Positions 60,601-64,000 of a stretch of 64,000 nt of DNA are shown piece after piece. Under the pieces are notes generated by a model. That model had not been told where the DNA came from. It ran no database searches and saw nothing but the letters and a program-made list of their open reading frames with translations. Each line of letters begins with the position of its first letter. The first letter of the stretch is position 1. The stretch is from Marsupella aquatica. Taxonomy: Eukaryota; Plantae; Marchantiophyta. The translations under genes were made by a program, and so were the position numbers. Location of the stretch: positions 15,196,816 to 15,260,815 of the forward strand of contig OZ316895.1 in the NCBI GenBank assembly GCA_973895155.1. Reading direction: 5' to 3'.

Positions 60601-63070
60601 CTGGCCAGGTAGATGGTGCTACTCTTGATTTTCGGATTGTGGAAGACTCTAAGCAGAGTAAGGAACATAAAAAGGGAGCAGATGAAGATGCTTTGTTGAG
60701 AGTAGGTGCTGCAAAGGCCCTTGGTCCCAGTGCACATATTACGAGGGGTACTGAGGGAGCACCTTCGAGCCTTAGTTCCAAGGAACATGCGGCACTTGCT
60801 AAAACTCTGAGTGAAGAGGCAAGACATTTGAAACACTCAGTAGACCGCTTGAAGGTTTGTTTGCACCCCTCTCTTCAATATAATTGTTTGGATAAAGTTT
60901 ACTCTTGCAATGGCTTCTGAGCGAAGGATCTGTGGGCCTTACAACCAATTCACTAGTTCTACGTTCATCTTCTCTTAGGTTGTTCATCTTCTTTACATAC
61001 TTTTTTCCGTGGATCAGATCAGCATGTCTAGTGAGTTGGAAGGCAAGCACATATTTTGGTCGAATACAAGTACTGGTTTGTACTAAATCATGGAAACTAT
61101 CGACGAAGAGATCGGTGGAAGCCTGAAGTGAAGGGTTTTGTTGGTGGTTGTGCAGAGTTGTGCATCAATGGAAGGTGAAGCCGGAAATCTGTACTTAGAA
61201 GCGTCTCTAAAATTCTTGCTTTCTGCACATCATTATGAGATGGCTTCGACGGAGGGTTCACGGCAGGGCTATGCATCCCAGGCGATGCAATTGTACAATG
61301 AAACAGCCAGGTTCTTCGAGTAAGTTTCTCAAGATGCTTTTGCCTGGAAAGCCCTTTGGTTGGATTGTTTGGGCTAGGACTTTACGAAATGAAGTGGAGT
61401 CCATGCCTAAAAGTTTGTCACTCTTGTACTCCCTACAGCTTTTGTGCGGCAACATATGAGCGACAAAAGAACCTTGCAGAAGCTGCGCTGGCCCATATCT
61501 GCTCAGCAGTAGCTCGCTTCCGAGGAATGATGGGCAACTCTGCAACTTTGAACAAGGATTGCATGGCACTCCAAAACACTGCTAATTTGACAGCAGCGTC
61601 TGGGAGCCAAGTTGCAGGAGTCCTAACACCTCCAACAGGTCTTCCTCCACCACCACCACTAGCGCTCTCTCGTGCTTCTGAGAAGCCACGTTCTTCTCAT
61701 GGTGTGGGTGCGGCCTCTGCTATCGGTGGGTACCACGCCCTTTCCACCGCTGATATAGAACAGGCCTTCTTTGTGTTTTAGGGTTGTTTGGCGCAGCATG
61801 TAGATTGTGCCATGAATGGATACATAATTCTCAGTAAGCTATTACAGATTTTGTTTTCGTGAAACTACCAAATGAACGTAAAAGGTTTGGGAATAGGCCG
61901 AGATCAAATATGGAAAACGCATTTGTTACGTAGAATGTTATTAGCTAACAGGTCTCTGATCTGGAACAGTTCTGGACATTGCAAGGCAGGTAAATGAGGA
62001 CCAGATGTTGGTTGATATGTACTTAATATGCCCAAGATACAGCTTGGTTGCCGGGTTGTCAGGGACCTTCTAGTTGTTGATAAGCCACAATCTGAATCTT
62101 GCAGGAGAGTCTCCATCCTCGTCATCTGCATCAGACGTGGACAACCTCAACAATCATGCTCTCACCGGTGAGAAGGGTCTCGCTGCAAATACAGTGAAAG
62201 GAGCTACTCCCTCGCCTATGCCAGGGTTTGTCAGTGGCAGTACTGAGATTGTACCGCAACGTCTACAAAGCAATTTTCATCGGACCATACGCAATGTGAG
62301 TGCCCCCTCCGCCACTCGTTATGATGTCTCTCATTTGCTCTTGTATCATTGGCTTAACTCAGTAGTATGCTTGTCTGTCCGTTCCATGCACTCTGGCTGT
62401 GTCGTTGGAGCTCTTTCCTAACTGTATAATACATTATTCAACATATAGTAGTCCAGTCCCAGTCCGATGCTTTGTTGAGGCAAGAGACAGAAAGTATAAG
62501 GCGGCAAGATTTCAAAACTGTAACTAGTGCACTAAGGAATCCTCTGCAATGAAAGTAACCAACCAAACAATCTATTTGTACACATCTTGTTTTTTAGCCC
62601 AAGAAGACTTTCGTATACACTCGGTGCTCATATGCACACAGGCTAGCCCAACTGTTCCAAGACGCACTTGGAGAGTCTTCTACTTGGAGTCAATCCTGGC
62701 GTTGTATTACCTTTGGAATTGATATTTCAGTCTTTTATCATAGTTGTAGCTCGCACAGCAGCAGAACTAAGGTGTTTACTTTTAGTAATGCTTTTTAAAT
62801 ATCTTGCTATGGTTATATAATTATGAAAGAATATATCATAACCGTTTCTATGTGGACCTCGTTCTGCAGGGAATGGATGTTGTTTCCATGATGGAGTCGT
62901 GGACAAAAGCACAAAACGCCACTGCTGCCGCAGAGACAGCTTGTGCTGGGGTGCCTCGGCGACAAGAGGGAATGCTTGCAGTAAGAAGGGTTGCAGAGAT
63001 GGGTGTACTAGGGAACATGGAGGCAGTTGTGCGACAGGTCCGACTTGCCTTAGAAGCCATTGGTCATTAA
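54679..63070 (+). CDS. CW-type zinc finger protein (plant CWZF3/5/7-like histone-methylation reader), 11 coding exons, ~1890 aa
   Basis: Exons 54679-54897, 55218-55290, 55689-55816, 55946-56335, 56432-57837, 57960-58432, 58633-60854, 61156-61319, 61439-~61638 (donor ambiguous), 62105-62295, 62870-63070; phases match. N-terminal ELEEGE..YLDTKIQEVLG..QKEF..G.YGSFLPT; CW domain WVQCDKCQQWRLL..LPEKWLCKMMTWLPGLNNC; C-terminal EARHLKHSVDRLK..LYLEASLKFL, GESPSSSSASDVDNLNN and VRLALEAI. Confidence 0.92.
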
Positions 63071-64000
63071 AGCAGAAGATATTTGGCATCATTCCTCTTG
63101 CTAATAAAACCGGGGTCTGATGAAAACTATTATTGTCTCCAGGGTTACAACAGCCATTCATTTATGTGGAATTCCTGAAATTCCCGCTTGTATCATGTCT
63201 ACTCAATCAAAAAGTCAAATGATTTGTTTGCCAGAATGTGCTGCATTGATCTCTCCTAGCCCAACAAGATCATGATTTAATAAAGTGACTCAGTTAGTCA
63301 TCCTGTCTGAGAGACATGTTTCTCTCTCAGATCAGATTTTTCCAAACTTGCACTCCTGCAATTGTTCGTGCTGTGCAGCTTGCTTCTTTTGCTCTATCTA
63401 CCAATGAATTTTGTGATTTCTTATGTTGAGAAGTTAGTGTCCCAGTGAATTCAGAGGGCGTTGGAAGGTGCGGGCTTTTCACTTCAACTGTGCTGCAGGA
63501 CACGCACTTGAATTGTATGAATCTGTTCTGTTTTATTATCTGACTATTCCAAGGTGCTGGATGCTCGCCTCAAATGTGATGGGGGATGCCTTTCAAAGTT
63601 TTGTGAATTGGTCTGTTGTGTCGTTCGGGATTCCTCTTCAATTGGGATTCCTCTTCAATTAAGAAATGACGCCTGGATGGCATCTGAGGTTGGCAATGCC
63701 GGATGGACTTTGGGAACCCACATGGAATCCTAGTAAACATATTTGCTTTGGTAATATCCTTTACAATGTAACTTGACGTGAAAACAAAGTAGGAGATTGA
63801 GCAGGATTTCTTCTCAGATACTTAACCTCTCGAAAACCCACCATGGCTTGTTTCAAAGAGGATTGAATTAGCTTCTAGCAGCAAATTTCCTCTCTTGATT
63901 CAGATCAGATTTGAGCTAGTCATGAGCAAAAGGATGAAGCCATATTCCCCTCTATGAGTCCAGAAAATGTTTCCTTCGTGAGGAGAAGACTGGCCATATA

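Noticed and set aside
56368-60836. Long antisense ORFs (254, 190, 230 and 171 aa) inside the CW gene
   Set aside because: Shadow frames of long purine-rich exons, with no independent motifs.
38259-63660. Micro-duplications at ~38259-38312 (27 bp), ~51786-51818 (16 bp) and ~63627-63660 (17 bp)
   Set aside because: Ordinary slippage or repair duplications with no further structure.

Overview
Eukaryotic land-plant nuclear DNA, probably a bryophyte/liverwort (inferred from long GA-rich leaders and intron style). It holds three intact multi-exon genes: a CCCH zinc-finger/WD40 (ZFWD) gene on - (3593-7974), the SnRK1 beta-gamma subunit SNF4 on + (29119-36118), and a CW-type zinc-finger (CWZF3/5/7-like) gene on + (54679-63070). 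A fourth gene, an FSH1/OVCA2-family serine hydrolase on - (39394-50944), has seven otherwise intact exons, but its coding exon 3 is split by a full-length Tnt1/Tork-like Ty1/copia element (43311-49150; 475-bp LTRs identical by eye, 5-bp TSD GCGTC). The element's own polyprotein frame carries three in-frame stops. About 10-27.7 kb is a graveyard of solo LTRs, inverted and dispersed repeats. The ZFWD gene contains a 124-bp exon+intron tandem duplication that creates a candidate poison exon. All exon structures were deduced by hand from GT-AG sites, phase continuity and family motifs; no database search was run.
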